DNA of 64,000 nt from Paramoeba atlantica (taxonomy: Eukaryota > Protista > Discosea). Made by a program: the position numbers and the translations under genes. Under the pieces are notes generated by a model that saw only the letters and a program-made list of their open reading frames with translations, was not told the DNA's origin and searched no databases. This document shows, one piece after another, positions 24,923-37,681 of the stretch. Location: positions 124,001-188,000 of the forward strand of contig CDRNVI010000144.1 in NCBI GenBank assembly GCA_977017575.1, written 5' to 3'. Each line of letters opens with the position of its first letter. Within the stretch, counting starts at the first letter, position 1.

Positions 24923-27114
24923 ATGATCATGATACAAACAAATAAATAACAACACAACAATATCAACCCCAACCAAATAAACACCAACAACCAAAAGCAA
25001 AAAACAACAAATCAACAAAATGGAAAATCTATAATTTCTCTGAATAAAAAGTTGGAATGGATCAACAAAAATGGTAAAATAAGAAGATCTTAATTATATT
25101 CAATTCATCCTTGGGGGAGTTTGAATCTGAATTGTTGAAAGATCCAAGGACCCAAAACCGCACATTCTTTGGACTCATTTTCCTTCAAAGGGAGCGAGGC
25201 AACCAACCATGTCACATTTGGCTCCTTGGGGGTCTCCTTTCTTTCCTTTTGACAAGTTTTGTGAGAGAGAGGACCTGGAGAGGGGATGAACACAGAAGAC
25301 TTCTATATCATCTTGATCTCTTGGGGACATCACAACAACAAAACAACAAACAACAAAATTGCAAAAAAAAATTGAAAAAGAAGAAAACGCTGAAAATGTT
25401 GAAAACGCTGAAAAAGGGGACATCACCGATTTTTTTTTTGTTTTTTTTGTAGATTTTCCATAAAAAAACAAACAAACAAAACAAGAAAAGAGAAAAATGA
25501 AACCTGATGTCTTGATGGTGTGGGTGCGAAAGTGAGCAAGTGTTTCATTCTTTGCTGATAACACACAGAGCATTCTCCTTCTGTAACAAAGGTGGTTACC
25601 AACAAATACTAATTGCAAATAATAATACAATAACACAACAACAACAGCAAACAACAACAAACAGCAATAATCAGAAAAAAACTTAAACAGTGATGGAATG
25701 ACAATAACAACATAACAACAAACAACAACCACAACAACAAACAAACAACAACCACAACAACCACAACAACCAACAATCAATCAACAATCACAACACAAAC
25801 AAATAAAATAACAATACAATCATTAATTAACCTCAATGAAACAAATATCAACAACCAAAAACAAAAAAGGGAGAAAAGGGTGTTCAAGAGGAGGGGGAAG
25901 AAGGAAGGACAAAAAAGAACAAAAAAAAAAAAATCGGTTGCCACAACACACCCTCCTCTTTTAAATAACAAGAGGGGAGTGTCATTCTTCTTATCTTCCT
26001 GAGGTTGTGAGAGGTTCTGCACAAACAAATCAAACAAAACTGGGAAATCACCAAACAGAACTGGGGAGCTGCCATTGCCATGTCGAAACCCCCAACAACA
26101 ACAAAAAAGAGAACACAATAAGGAAAAAAGACCAAACAAAAAAACAAAAAAACAAAAAAGAAGAAAGAGAAACAAAAAAGGTACAAAAACAAAAATCCTT
26201 TTTAAAAGGTCCAAAAACACAGACACCCCTTTTCCAACCATTTTCACATCTTCTCTCTCCAAAAAGTAGAAAAGGAATCAAGAGGAAAGAGAAAAAAGAG
26301 AAAAAGAAAAGAAAAAACCACCACTGGGGCTTGGGGGGGGGGAGGCCAAAAAAGAAACAGGCAAATGGGCACCCCTCTGCTCTCCCCTCTTCTTCTTGAA
26401 ACTCTAAATCCCCTTCTCTCTCCCCAAGAAGGTGATGTACCTCTCCAGTACTGCTGGGGACCTACCAACCAAACGGCAAAGAAGACTTTTGGTGCTCAAA
26501 ACATCACTCAATCTGATGGAAAAAACAAGATCCAGACAAAGAGAAAGAAAAAAGAGGAGAAAAAAGAAAAAGAAGAGAGAGAAAAAGAGACAAGAAAGAA
26601 AGAGAAAAGGAAAGAAAAAGAAAAGAAAGAAGAGAAAAAAGAAGAGAGAAAAGAAAAAAAAGAAGGGAAAAAAGGGAGAAAAAAGAAAACCAAAAAGGAG
26701 GAAAAAGGAGGAGGAAAAAAGAAAAAGGAAGAAGAGACTCCTTGGAAAATAAAAGAAAAAAAAGAAAAGAAGCGAAGAAGACCTCTTCTCTCTCTTGTTT
26801 CGCTAACTCAGGGGGTTGGACGGTCAGAAAAGAAAGAAGAAAAAGAAAGAAGGGGGTGGGGGAGGGGTAGAAAAGAAGAGAAAGGAGACATCATGATGAA
26901 TGAAGTCAAGTTTTGTTGAACACAAAAAAAAAAGAAAGAGAACAACAAAGCAGAGAGAGGAGAGAGGAGAGAGGAAAACAAACAAAAAAAGTTGAGGCAG
27001 AAAAAGACGAAAAGAGGATCTTTTTCCACTTTTCCACACCCCGAAAAATTTAAGGTTCTAAATCACGAACCTCAAAAATAGCTTTTTTTTTGTTTTTCGG
27101 TTTTCGTTTTGGGG

Positions 27115-29598
27115 TGAGGTTTTTTTTTGACAGGGCACTTTTTTTCTCGTTCTCGTTCGCTTCATTTCCGATAAGAAATTCCTTTGAGATTATGGTTCCC
27201 AAACACCCTCTCTTGACAAGTTCAAAAAAAGAAATGGATTTGAAAGATTTACTGAAAAGAAACAATGGAGTTCCAACAAAAAAAATCAAAAACGCCCCTT
27301 AAAAGACACCAAAGGGACACCATCACTGCGACGTTTGGGTGAGAAAAAATCAAAAGAAAATATCGAAAAAATAAAGAAGATGAACCTTTTAAAATTGGAG
27401 AAAAGAAGAGAGTTGAAACCAATGTGGTTGGACTGGTTGTAACCACTTTCCTTTATTCCTCCACCTTCCTGAAGGTGTCTTGCTAATATCCCATCTGTCG
27501 AAACTTCGTCGCCAGGCAGTGATCTTGAGGTCGCCATCAGTTCTCTTGATATCAAAGAACTCTTCAGAGTTGAGATCTTTCTGTATATTGAAAACATTAA
27601 TTTCAAAGCAGTGAAAAGACCTGATTCCTTTAATTGAATTCTTTGCTTTGATTGATGCATCAGATTCTTTGGTAATCCAATCACTATAAAAATTCCCAGA
27701 AAGTGGAGCAACAGAGTCAACAAAATCTTGTCCATTAAGAACCCACTTTGTGTTTCCAAGAGTATACCTCTTTACTGCTTTCTTGTCAATTGCTGCAATA
27801 CAGTCACAAATGTCTGAACCATGGTGAGAAGCATGAAAATGGAATGATATCTGCGGAAACTTATTTGTCCTTGGAGGTCTCATGATGGGCTGCAACATCC
27901 GTGCCAGAAAAGCAAATCCAAAGATCCCATGTTTGGATTTATAATGATGAGGACCTCCATCTGTGAAAAAAAAAAGGTGTTCAGTTTGTTCAAAGAGAGG
28001 TTTGAACCTGTGAAGTACTTTAACCCATGACAAAAAGACAAAGTCAGGGTCGTGTTTGTCATGACTTGATTCAGCAAAAATGTTGATGTAAGCTCGGTGT
28101 AAACCATTAATCATCTTACTGACACCAGTTTGGTGTTCCACCTTTTCTGCAAGTGTTTTTCTGTACCTCAAAACAAGAATATGACACTCCAGTGATTCAC
28201 ACTTTGCTGAACACTCAAACTTTGAAAAGTCCATCGTCACAACAACACCATTGGGAATTGAATCATCTTTCAGAGCTTGGAGAATGTACCGTTTGAAATC
28301 TTGTTGATCCTGTGCAATCTTCTTGTGGTTTTCATAACCTATTTTTTGATGTTCAGAAAGCTGTTCAGGACTAAACCTGAGTTGATGGCAATATGGACAA
28401 AAATCACATTTTGAAACGTGACTCCTTTTCGTTTCTTTCTTCACAAATTTTCGGATCGATGTTCGACTGACTTGAAGTTGGTGATTCTCAAGCAAAAATT
28501 GCTGGATTTTTAAAAAAAGTTCTTTGTCAGTAAAATATTGGAGTCGATATTTCTGACCTGATTTCACAGGAAGAATTTCGTTGAAATAATCCATTAATAT
28601 CTCCTTGTAAGCAGCCAGCTTTGTTACCCTTCTTGCTGGAGAGATTTCTTGTTCAGCTGTCCTCTTTGCAATTCGGATAATTTTGGATGAAATCCCCAGA
28701 GTTTTTTGATTACAAAATTCTGGAAGCTCATTGCTTATCCTTTTTACGAGCAAGTTTCTTACTTCTGGAAGATGTGAAGTCTCAGAGACAATGTTTGAAC
28801 AAAATTGTCCCACTTTTTCTCGGAATTTGTTTGTTTCTCTTACTTGTACTTCCAAAGCAGTGATCTATTTTGAATATTCAATTTAGTTTTCTTGTTGTGT
28901 TTAAGAGAGAAAAAAATCGGAAACCTTGGCTTGAAGAGAAAGAATCTCACCATCCTCATGGAGTTGTTCCTTCTGGGGAAAGAGGACCTCTCTTTTCAAT
29001 GGCTCTCTTCTGGTGGAGGTATTCCAGAAATCCCCATCAAGATCATCATTCTCTACCTTCTTTCTCTTTCTTTTTCGAATTGAAGAAGTGGCCCAACCCG
29101 GTTCCAGCAGAGGCTCTTTGCTGACCCACAAGAGATCAATCCCACCTGAATTATCTGTCCATTCTAAATATCTTCTCTCTCCCTCACTTGTCTCAACAAC
29201 AACTCCCTGTTTGACAACCTTTCCAAGAATTGAGCCCAAAGAAAATGCCTGCACCAAGGCTCTGAGGAGTTTCTCACGTTGGACTTCTTCTGTTTCATTC
29301 TCGTCTGGTTTTTTGGGACACCGTTTCATATGTCGACTGCGGTTGTCTGACCGAGAAAACTGTTCACATTTGAAGCAATAGGACTTGGTTTCCTTATTCT
29401 TGCACCAAGGGCAGGTTGGGGTTTCAACACCCACCACACACTTCTGACAAAAAACAAAACTTGTCAAACAAACCATCACCAACCCAAAACCAACCGAAAA
29501 AAGGCTTGCGTTTTTTAGAGCGCTATTTATTGGAGGCTAAAAAACCGCCCAGACGCCCAACAGCCATTTTTTGAGTGCCCTCCGAAAAAAAAACTTCA
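27115..29598 (-). mobile_element. ~2.5-kb TIR DNA transposon, DDE type (Sola2-like motifs; superfamily uncertain)
   Basis: 25-bp TIRs TGAGG-T9-GACAGGGCACT and TGAAG-T9-CGGAGGGCACT (21/25 match). Flanks GGGG and CGGG. A paralogous locus lacks the element (TTTGGGGCAA at 49581-49590). Confidence 0.85.
27389..29482 (-). CDS. Spliced transposase (~677 aa): exon 1 29482-28925, 60-nt GT-AG intron 28924-28865, exon 2 28864-27389
   Basis: A phase-0 intron joins the two listed ORFs in frame (LQAK|ITALEVQ). N-terminal C-x2-C-x11-H-x3-C finger, CxxC, and DDE-like blocks VTMDF, TDGGPHHYKS and FHASHHGSDICD. Confidence 0.8.
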
Positions 29599-30471
29599 CG
29601 GGCAAGAGAAAGAGAAAGAGAGAGGGAAAGGAAAAGAGAAAGAGAGAAAGAGAGAAAGAGAAAGTGAGAAAGTGAGAAAGAGAGAAGGAGAGAAAGAGAA
29701 AAGTGAGAAAGAGAGAAAAGGAAAAGAGGGAAGAGGAAAGAAAGAGAGAAAGAGAAAGAGAGAGAGAAAGGAAAAGAGGGAAGAGGAAAAAAAGAGAAAG
29801 TGAGAAAGAAGAGGGAAAGAGGGAAAGAGAGAGAAAGAGAAAGAGGGAAAGAGAAAGGGAAAGAGGAGAAAGAGAGAAGAGAAGAGAAAGAGACTTTGTG
29901 GAACCACTTTGCGTTTTTTTGGTTGTGAGGTGTCTTTTTCTTTGGTTTTTTTTCCTTTTTCTGTTCTTTTCTTTTCTTTTCTGTTCCTTTTCTTTTCTTG
30001 TTTTTTCTTTTCTTTCTTGTTTTTTCTTTTCTTTCTTGTTTTTTCTTGTTTTCTTTCTTAGTGGATTCCCTTTTTGTATTTGGCATTTATATATTATAAT
30101 GTAATGTGTATCTCCTCTCAAATCAAGAGGATATTTTTGTAAAATTTCTTTTTAGTCCAAAAAATAAAACAGACAAAAGTTTATCCTTTTTCTCGTCAGA
30201 GATTTACCCAGAAGTTGGCAGGGAACATTGTATTGACTTGACTTGAGAGGGGGGGAGGGGAGAGACTCATGAAAGGCAAGATGAAGTTGATTTTAATAAG
30301 CATTTTTTTTTTTTGAATTGGTCAGAAAAAATAAAATATTTTTTTTTCCTTGTTATTTTGCCTCTTTTCACACCCTACTTTTTTTTTCAACAACCAATTT
30401 CATTTTGGAGGAGATCATCAAACACCCACCCCCCTACAGAACAGTTCTTTTTTGTCTTTTTTTTCACAAAT

Positions 30472-30543
30472 TCCCTTGTGGTGTAGTCGGTAACACGGTC
30501 GGCTTTCACCCGGCCACCCCGGGTTCGATTCCCGGCAAGGGAG
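30472..30543 (+). tRNA. tRNA-Glu-TTC: tRNA-Glu(TTC)
   Basis: TCCCTTG/CAAGGGA stem, arm GTCGG-CTTTCAC-CCGGC, canonical T-loop, T-run terminator. Confidence 0.95.
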
Positions 30544-31089
30544 CTTTTTTTTTTTTTTTACCTTCAATTTTGTGGAACCACTCCACCACACACACACACC
30601 ACACCATGTGTATGGAGGTGGTGGGGCAGAAATTGGTCTTATTTTTTGAGGTCATTGTTTGTTCTTTTGTTTTCTCCATCAAAAATGGTGTATCTGTTTG
30701 TGGGTCCAGAAAACCAAGAAAAATTTGAAACTTTTTTCAAAAACAATTTTGAAAGTGTCAATCACACTATCATCTTTTTTTGAAGGTTGATGGTGAGGGT
30801 GGTCCTCTTTCATCACCAATGTACCACCATTTTAGAAAGAATGGTATGGTTCTCAAAGATTTATTCTTTCAGTTTCTTTCATTCACAACATCACAGCCTT
30901 TTTTACCTGTTTCTTTGGACAATTTTGCAAGAGCTAAACTACAAAAAGCATTTTTTGATTGTCGCAATTTCCAACTTCAACCCCCCCCCCCTCATAATTT
31001 GGTGCCTGGTTTCTCTCTCTCTTCCAGACACCCAAGCAAATGGTAGTGTTGACTTATGTTTCTGGACAATCACACCTTCCAACAATTTA

Positions 31090-32620
31090 ATAGAGTAAGA
31101 CCTTTAACTTCTCGAACAGATCTTTCGACTGCACCCAAGAAGCCACCCACACTTTCTTTGGCCAAACCTTTGCAAATGCATTGACACCTTGCAGTGTTTT
31201 TGGACAAAGGGGGTCATTGAAAAGAAACAAGGAACAACCGCTGACAGATTGCATGCAGGTGGGGATGCTGAGGATTAACAGGGCTTTTCCAAGCAGAACA
31301 TCCATTGGATGAAGTTTGTCCTTGGCTGGTTTCCTGGGTCTGTTTCTGCCCCCCTCTGGTGGACACTCCATAGAATGTTCTTCCCATTTTTCCGTTGATC
31401 TGGATTTGAGATCTTTCTTCATGATGGGTGAGGATTTCACATTTGTGGCCTCTGTGATTGGAGTTTCCACACACAAGAAGCAGAGTCGAAGGTTGGAATG
31501 GACTTTCAGTTCTCGCTTTCTCTCTTCTATATTCGTCAGTATCTTTGATTCCCATCTTGGAAAGATCCATCTTAGTGACTCCCTTTGGTGTCTCTATTTT
31601 AACAGGTGAGAGAGAGGCGTTCATGACTTCAACAAAGTCAGTCCATGTTTTTCTGCTTTTGTAAATTTGATACTGAGCCTCTGTTTGAGTGTCCACCTCG
31701 ATTTTGTGCTCAATCTCTGAGATGAGTTCCTGGTCTGAGACTTGGTATTGTTTCTTTCCTCTCTTTCTTGAGTTAGAGATCGACAAACTTGAGAGCTTTC
31801 TTCTTAAGGGTCAGATCCCCATAGCTGTCATCAATCCGAAATTGATTATACTGACTGATCGGGTTCTGTACTCTGGAATCCCTGTAAGCCTCTTGAAGAT
31901 GTGGGATTGTCTTTTGGAGGTCATCTTGTGGCACTGCTCCAATTGAGTCCCAGGAGAGACACTGTAAAGGAGATCCACCTCCCTTTCAGGATGTCCGCCA
32001 TTGCAATTGTATTCTCCCACAGGTGCTACTGGCTATGCAATCCTGCACCCAGACACAAAAATTGGCTCCTTTGGCCTTGGATTTCCAACTGCAGTCCGAA
32101 TTTTGTGTCCATTCTCCTTCAAATCATCTTTTACTCTTCCATCCCTTGTGGTTACTGCCTGGCTGATGGGTTGATTCCCATTCTTACTGAGGGGGGGTTC
32201 CTGATGGGCTTTGTTGAGACCACTGGGAATAGATCCTTATCTGATTAGTGATTGATGCCAAAAGCCTCCCTTCCATCTCTGAGAGCATCTCTTTGGCTTC
32301 ATCCCTGGTGAAGGTGGGTTCCACTTGGGGGTACCATCCTTTCTTCCTCAGGGGGTTCTTCCTGTTCCTCAAGTTCTTCCTGGTGGAACAGTTCTCTTTA
32401 TTGGGGGTTTTCAGGCTCTTGCCTTTCCTCGGGGCGGGCTCAACCTTCTTGATCACTGCCAGCGGAATCACTATCCCCATCAGGGTTTTCTACCAAGTAA
32501 GTCTCCTTTAACTCATCCCAGAAAAGAGCCATCGATCTACCAGCATACCAAAAGGGAAAACGACAAAAGAAAAGCACATCGCGTCGCGTCGCCTTTGTGA
32601 TGTCATCAAACAGTCCCTAT
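31090..32620 (-). mobile_element. Degenerate YR-retroelement remnant (MT fragment at 31144-31290; possible broken gag-like ORF to its right)
   Basis: 31144-31260 aligns with 8140-8250 (VNAFAKVWPKK vs VNAFAKTWPQK). The rest is fragmented ORFs with no recognisable motif. Confidence 0.5.
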
Positions 32621-34164
32621 CAAGGGTGTTCACTGAAGTTGGCCGAAAGTTGGGCCGAAAGTTCAAGGGTTAAAAATAGCCTTGATTCACAATATCCTCC
32701 CAATCAAGTTTTTTTCCCAAATAAATGATTTCTGTTATATGTTGTGAGAGAGAAGCTCAACTCAAAAGTCTGGCTGAATGTGGCACCTCTTGGGAGGGAT
32801 CTGGCATTGTTTCTCAAACTGCCTAATTCAATTAGTTGGAAGATGATGAGCAAGTTCCAAGATCCATTTGTTATTGCTTGAGGCTTTTTGTGGAGGATGT
32901 TTGGACAAACTGAAGAGGAGATTGACAGATTTGTTCAGGTACCAAAATTTTCGAATGCCTAATTCGAAAATGAGCGAGTTCCGGCAGTACACCACTCATT
33001 TTCTCGATCTGTATTTGAAGAAGAACAAAATCTCTTTGAAGGAATGCGCGCGATAGAGATGAGAAGTTTGAACAAGGGTCTGTTTGTTTCTTTCACCAGT
33101 TCTCTCAGGTTCTCTCTCTTTGAGCAGCCTTACTAGACGTTCCAAAGTCTTGAGATGGGAAGGGTTGAGCTATCAACATTGAGCTGAACTGGGAGAGATT
33201 TGTCTTCTCATACCATCCAAGTCCTTGTTCATCAGCTGTCTCTCTTCTCAGAGTTGAAGAAAACTATTCTGGAGCTCTTCATAAGAGGGCGCCTCATCTT
33301 TCCCATTTCCATGGACAGGTGAAAGACCATCAAGTAGATATCGGTGAGAATCTTGGTTTTTTTCAGTTTTCTGAGATGTCTGTTAGATGAAAGCGTTCGA
33401 AAGCTACAAATGGTGGGTGTCCCTTTTGCTCCAGAGGAGCCCGACAAGTGTTGGGGTGAGTTTTGTTTTTGAAGCTGCAAAGGATTTCCTTATTTACACT
33501 GGGAACATTGTATTGAGAGGAGAGGGGGGAGACTCATTCAAGGCAAGATGATTTGATTTTATATAAAAGTATTTTTTTTCCTGTTATTTGCCTCTTTTCA
33601 CATTTTTCAACAACCAGTTTTATTTTGGAGGAGATCATCAAAACACCCCCCCCCCCCAATGAATTGATTTCTTGATTATTCCAAAATTAGCAGGGGGTGT
33701 GGTAGGCCAAAAGAGATGTTTGGATCTTAATTAGCAAAGATACATCACACCATCAGAGGATTTCTTCATGATCTTTGCGAAGAAGTTTCAGTCATCAATT
33801 TGGTTCTGTTCCATGAACACAAAAACCCACCCACTCCTCATTCACATTGCAAGAGGAAAAAGGACACAAAAAGGGATTGAGGAAAATCTCCCAACAAAAG
33901 ATGATGAAATTTTGTTGGCGCATCCTTTGCTTCACCCACTTCTTGATGAAATAAGACATTAATTCACTCAGGTTTTCCTCTTGAATTTTTCTTGGTTGCC
34001 TTCCCCTTGAGACCTTCAGGTTTCCCTAAAGTTCTCCAACCAATTGAGCAGTGAGGTTCAATAATCCTGACACTCCCTTTTTCAACATTCAAAAAAAAAA
34101 AAAGAAAAAGAAAACACAGCACCTTGAAAATGAAAGGCGTAAAAAAAATAAATCAAAAAAAAAA

Positions 34165-34281
34165 TGGTTGAGGTGGGATTCGAACCCACGAACCCGAAGG
34201 ACCAGAAGACTAAACACTGTATTTTTACAGCCAAGATTTAACTCTTGAGTCTGGCGCGTTTGACCGCTTCGCTACCCAACC
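34165..34281 (-). tRNA. tRNA-Leu-CAA: tRNA-Leu(CAA) with a ~35-nt intron after position 37
   Basis: GGTTGGG/CTCAACC stem, CCAGA-CTCAAG-[intron]-TCTGG, long variable arm, canonical T-arm. Confidence 0.92.
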
Positions 34282-34294
34282 AGACATATGACAA

Positions 34295-34680
34295 TTACCC
34301 TTCAAGAGCACCTTTCTAAAGGGACCACACACACAGAGAGAGAGAAGACAATAAAAGACAGGAGAAGTCCAAAGGGAATGCCACAAAATAATAGTTATGG
34401 CTGCACCATAAGACACCATCAGAAGATCCATTGCAGGCATTATGTCATTGAAAACACATCTTTTCTCCCTCAATGGTCTTGTTGCAGACCCAGAGCCGCA
34501 CTGATCACACCACCAACCTTCCAGTTCCTTCTCATCACTTGAAGCAGAGCCATTTCCATATTGAGTGATGCATAACACATAGATTTCATTTCTAATTGCA
34601 GCAATGGCACTCAGAGCAGCCATGCCCAAGCCATGAGGACACATCCACACTTTCTTTGGCCAAAACCTTTGCAGCGGCAT
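34295..34680 (-). mobile_element. Deleted PAT-like derivative (B-repeat-like end, YR C-terminus, MT fragment)
   Basis: TTACCCTTCAAGAGCACCTTTCTAAAGGGA resembles the B start TAACCCTCCGAGAGTTCCTTTCTAAAGGAA. AATAGTTATGG and DIM...LMVS.G match the YR end. FWPKKVWMCP matches the MT domain. Confidence 0.7.
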
Positions 34681-34708
34681 TTTGTTGTGGAAAAAAAGAA
34701 AAAAAAAA

Positions 34709-34781
34709 CTCCACCTGGAGGGTTCGAACCTCCGACCTTGTGGTTAACAGCCACACGCTCTGCCAACTGAGCTAAGGAGGA
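34709..34781 (-). tRNA. tRNA-Asn-GTT: tRNA-Asn(GTT)
   Basis: Arm TGTGG-CTGTTAA-CCACA, canonical D- and T-loops; one T:T mismatch in the acceptor stem. Confidence 0.9.
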
Positions 34782-35099
34782 GAATGTATGGAAAAGATGT
34801 CAATTTTTTAGATTCAAAACAAAGATTGATCACATTTTTCAAAGCCACTGGGATCCTTCAATTACTTGTCTCAAACATAAGCTGGAGGCAGTGTTGTACT
34901 CTTGTTGGGGGGAGGTCTTGCATTGATGAGGTTACCTTGCAAGTTTGAAGTCACATTCTACCAAGTGATCTGATCAGACAATTGGGATCATTGTGACTTT
35001 GTAAGAGCGGTTTCGACTTTTTTGTGCATCGACCAAGGGGAAGTATTTGTTTTTTGAATTTCACTCAATTCGATATTTGTATCATGGGAGTCAAAGGTT

Positions 35100-35560
35100 G
35101 TAATCTTAAACAAAGAGAAGGAGAATTGATCAAATCTTTTGGATCAAAAGGTTCTGAAGATGGTCAGGTTGATGATGAACCAGTGTGGGTGTGGATGTGG
35201 ATGAAGAAGGTTGAATTATTGTTGCTGATATTTCCAATCATTGAATTCAAGTGTTTAATTATTATTGATAATGATTGGTCGGAAGATTCTTCTGAAGGGG
35301 TCAGTTTAACCAATCTTTACAATGTTGGCATTGATAGGAGGGGGATGGGAATATTGTTGTTTGTTTCTGATTTTGAGAATCATCAAATTCAAGTGATGGA
35401 ATATGAAGGGAATTTTATTTGATGTTTTGGAACAGAAGGTTCAGGTGTGATTCTCAATATTCCATGGTCCAAGAGGGAGGTGTTGATGTGGATGGGGGAA
35501 GGTAGAATTGTTGTTTGTGATTCAGAAAATGGGAGAATGAGGGTGTTTTTAGAAGGAAGG
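35100..35560 (+). pseudogene. NHL-repeat protein pseudogene
   Basis: LIKSFGSKGSEDGQ, G*IIVADISNH*IQVF, FVSDFENHQIQV, FI*CFGTEGSG and GRIVVCDSENGR; stops and frameshifts present. Confidence 0.8.
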
Positions 35561-35840
35561 AACATTTCTTTTTTTATTTGGTGATTTTCACATGAGTGAA
35601 CCTCATTTATGGGGTTGTTGTTGTTGATTCATTTTGGATCAATTATTATTTCAGATTTTAAGAAGAATTTTAAAATTGAATTGTGGAACTAATTTGGAAG
35701 AGAGGAAGGGATTTTTTTATTATTCTTTTTCATTTTCTCCCTTTTTATTTTCTCTTCTTCAAGAGAGTTTTTGTTTTTTTGATTTTTTTTGATTGATTTT
35801 TTTGGTAATCCTTCTTACTTTGTTTCTCTCTTTCAACAGA

Positions 35841-35912
35841 TCCCCGATAGTATAGTTGGCAAAATCCCCGCCTGTCACGCGGGAGTCCCGGGTTCGATTC
35901 CCGGTCGGGGAG
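35841..35912 (+). tRNA. tRNA-Asp-GTC: tRNA-Asp(GTC)
   Basis: TCCCCGA/TCGGGGA stem, arm CCCGC-CTGTCAC-GCGGG, canonical T-loop; weak D-stem. Confidence 0.92.
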
Positions 35913-37099
35913 GATTTTTTTTTCTCTTTCTCTTTCTTTTTCTTTTTTTTGATTCAATCCAAAAATACATGAAAAAAAGAGGAATTCTTCAAATTTTGTG
36001 TCTTCAAAAGATCAAGTGATATGGTTTTTTTCTTTTTTTCTTTTTTTTTTCTCTCTTCTCTTTTTTCTCTTCTCTTTTTTTTCTATTTTTATTTTTTGAT
36101 TCTCTCTCCTTTTTTCTGATTTCTTTGAACTCACACTAATAATAATAATCACAAGATATGAAAGGGTCTCTGTTTTGCAAACTCCAATGCCTATGGTGAT
36201 CTCTTCTTTCTCCTCTTTTGGGTTTCCTCTTTCTATTCTTCTTCTCTTTCTATCTTCTTTTATCCATTTTGTTGTTTTTCTTTTTGTTTTGATTTTAGGG
36301 TTGGTTTTTTCCATTCTTCATCCTTTTTTCCCAAAAAATTTTTTGTTGAAGAAGACTTATTTTTATAATTGAAGTCAAAAACAAGAAAATGTTGAAAAAA
36401 TCAGAGGAGCAACTCACCCAAAAATGAGAAAAAGAGAGAGAAGAGGATGCAAGATCTATTTTTCAACATAAAAAAAAAGATGAATAATTCTCAAAAAAAA
36501 TAAGGAACTTTAAAACAAACTCAAAAACAAATTGGATTAAAACAAAATAAAAAGAACCAAAATATCAAACCCCAAATTATTTTTTGGAACAGTACTTTTG
36601 TGATATCATAAAACTTCAACAGCCACAAAGTTCAACTTCAATTGGTTTCTTCTATTGCAAAGTGAACAATCACCATATATTTACCCTTGACAACAATCAT
36701 TCTCTTGCTAACAAAAAATTGAAATCATCTCATGTGAAAAATTTTCGCTTCCACAGATTGTGTATGAAAATCTTTTGTTTTTTCTTATTCACCAGATCAA
36801 AAGCTGTTTGAAAACCTTCCTCTCAGTGAGTTGTTTCAAAAATTTTGGTCCATTCTCCAATTACTTTGTTGTGCAATGGAAGAGGGCCTTTCATTTTTTG
36901 GAAAGAAATTTTTTTTACCCCTTTTCTGTTTCTTTCCAAGCAATTTGTTACCATCACCCCAAAAAAAGAGAAAAACAGAGAAAACCAAATTTTTCCAAAA
37001 TGAATTTGAGTGTCACACAAACAAACTTCAATTGGAGCAAAAGAGGGTCAGTGGGGAAACTTTTTTTCTTTTTTTTTTTTGAAAATTTTAAAAAAAAAA

Positions 37100-37172
37100 A
37101 GCCACTAAAGGGGCTCGAACCCTTGACCACTAGGTTAAAAGCCTAGCGCTCTACCGACTGAGCTATAGTGGC
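37100..37172 (-). tRNA. tRNA-Lys-TTT: tRNA-Lys(TTT)
   Basis: GCCACTA/TAGTGGC stem, arm CTAGG-CTTTTAA-CCTAG. Confidence 0.96.
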
Positions 37173-37216
37173 ATTTGTTGAAAAAAAAGTCAAATTTTTA
37201 GTGTGATGGGGGGGCT

Positions 37217-37289
37217 CGAGTGGTCTATGACGTGTGACTCGAAATCACATCCTGGAAACGGGGCGCAGGTTCAAATCCTGCTTCCGACG
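37217..37289 (+). pseudogene. tRNA-Ser-CGA: tRNA-Ser(CGA) nt 12 to end; the first 11 nt lie inverted at 37935-37945
   Basis: Near-identical to Ser(AGA) at 38163-38246 from nt 12 onward. GTCGGAATGGT and a Ser-type upstream flank are found on the minus strand at 37935-37975. Confidence 0.85.
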
Positions 37290-37681
37290 AATTTTTTTTC
37301 TTTGTTTTGTTTTTGAATTTTTTTTCCTCTTTTTTTTGACTGAAAACATTTTTTTTTTCTTTTACTTTTTTTTTGAATGAAAAATAATCTTTCAATTTTG
37401 ATTTTGAAAAGGTTTTCCCTTCCCTTGAAAAAGAAAAAAGAATAATCTTTGGGAAATCATGAAAAATAATATTATTTGGGGAAATCAGACTATGTTTTTT
37501 CCTCCATTTTTTGTGAATTAACAATAAAAATTGATTTTCACCTTCATTTTCTCCAATCACTTTTTTCATTTGTATATTTTTCCTTTTTCTGCTCTTTTTC
37601 TTTGTTTTTCACTTTGTTTTTCTGTTTCTCCAGAAATTTTTCCCACTGGAAAGCCAAAAAATTGGGTCATTTTTCAGAAAT

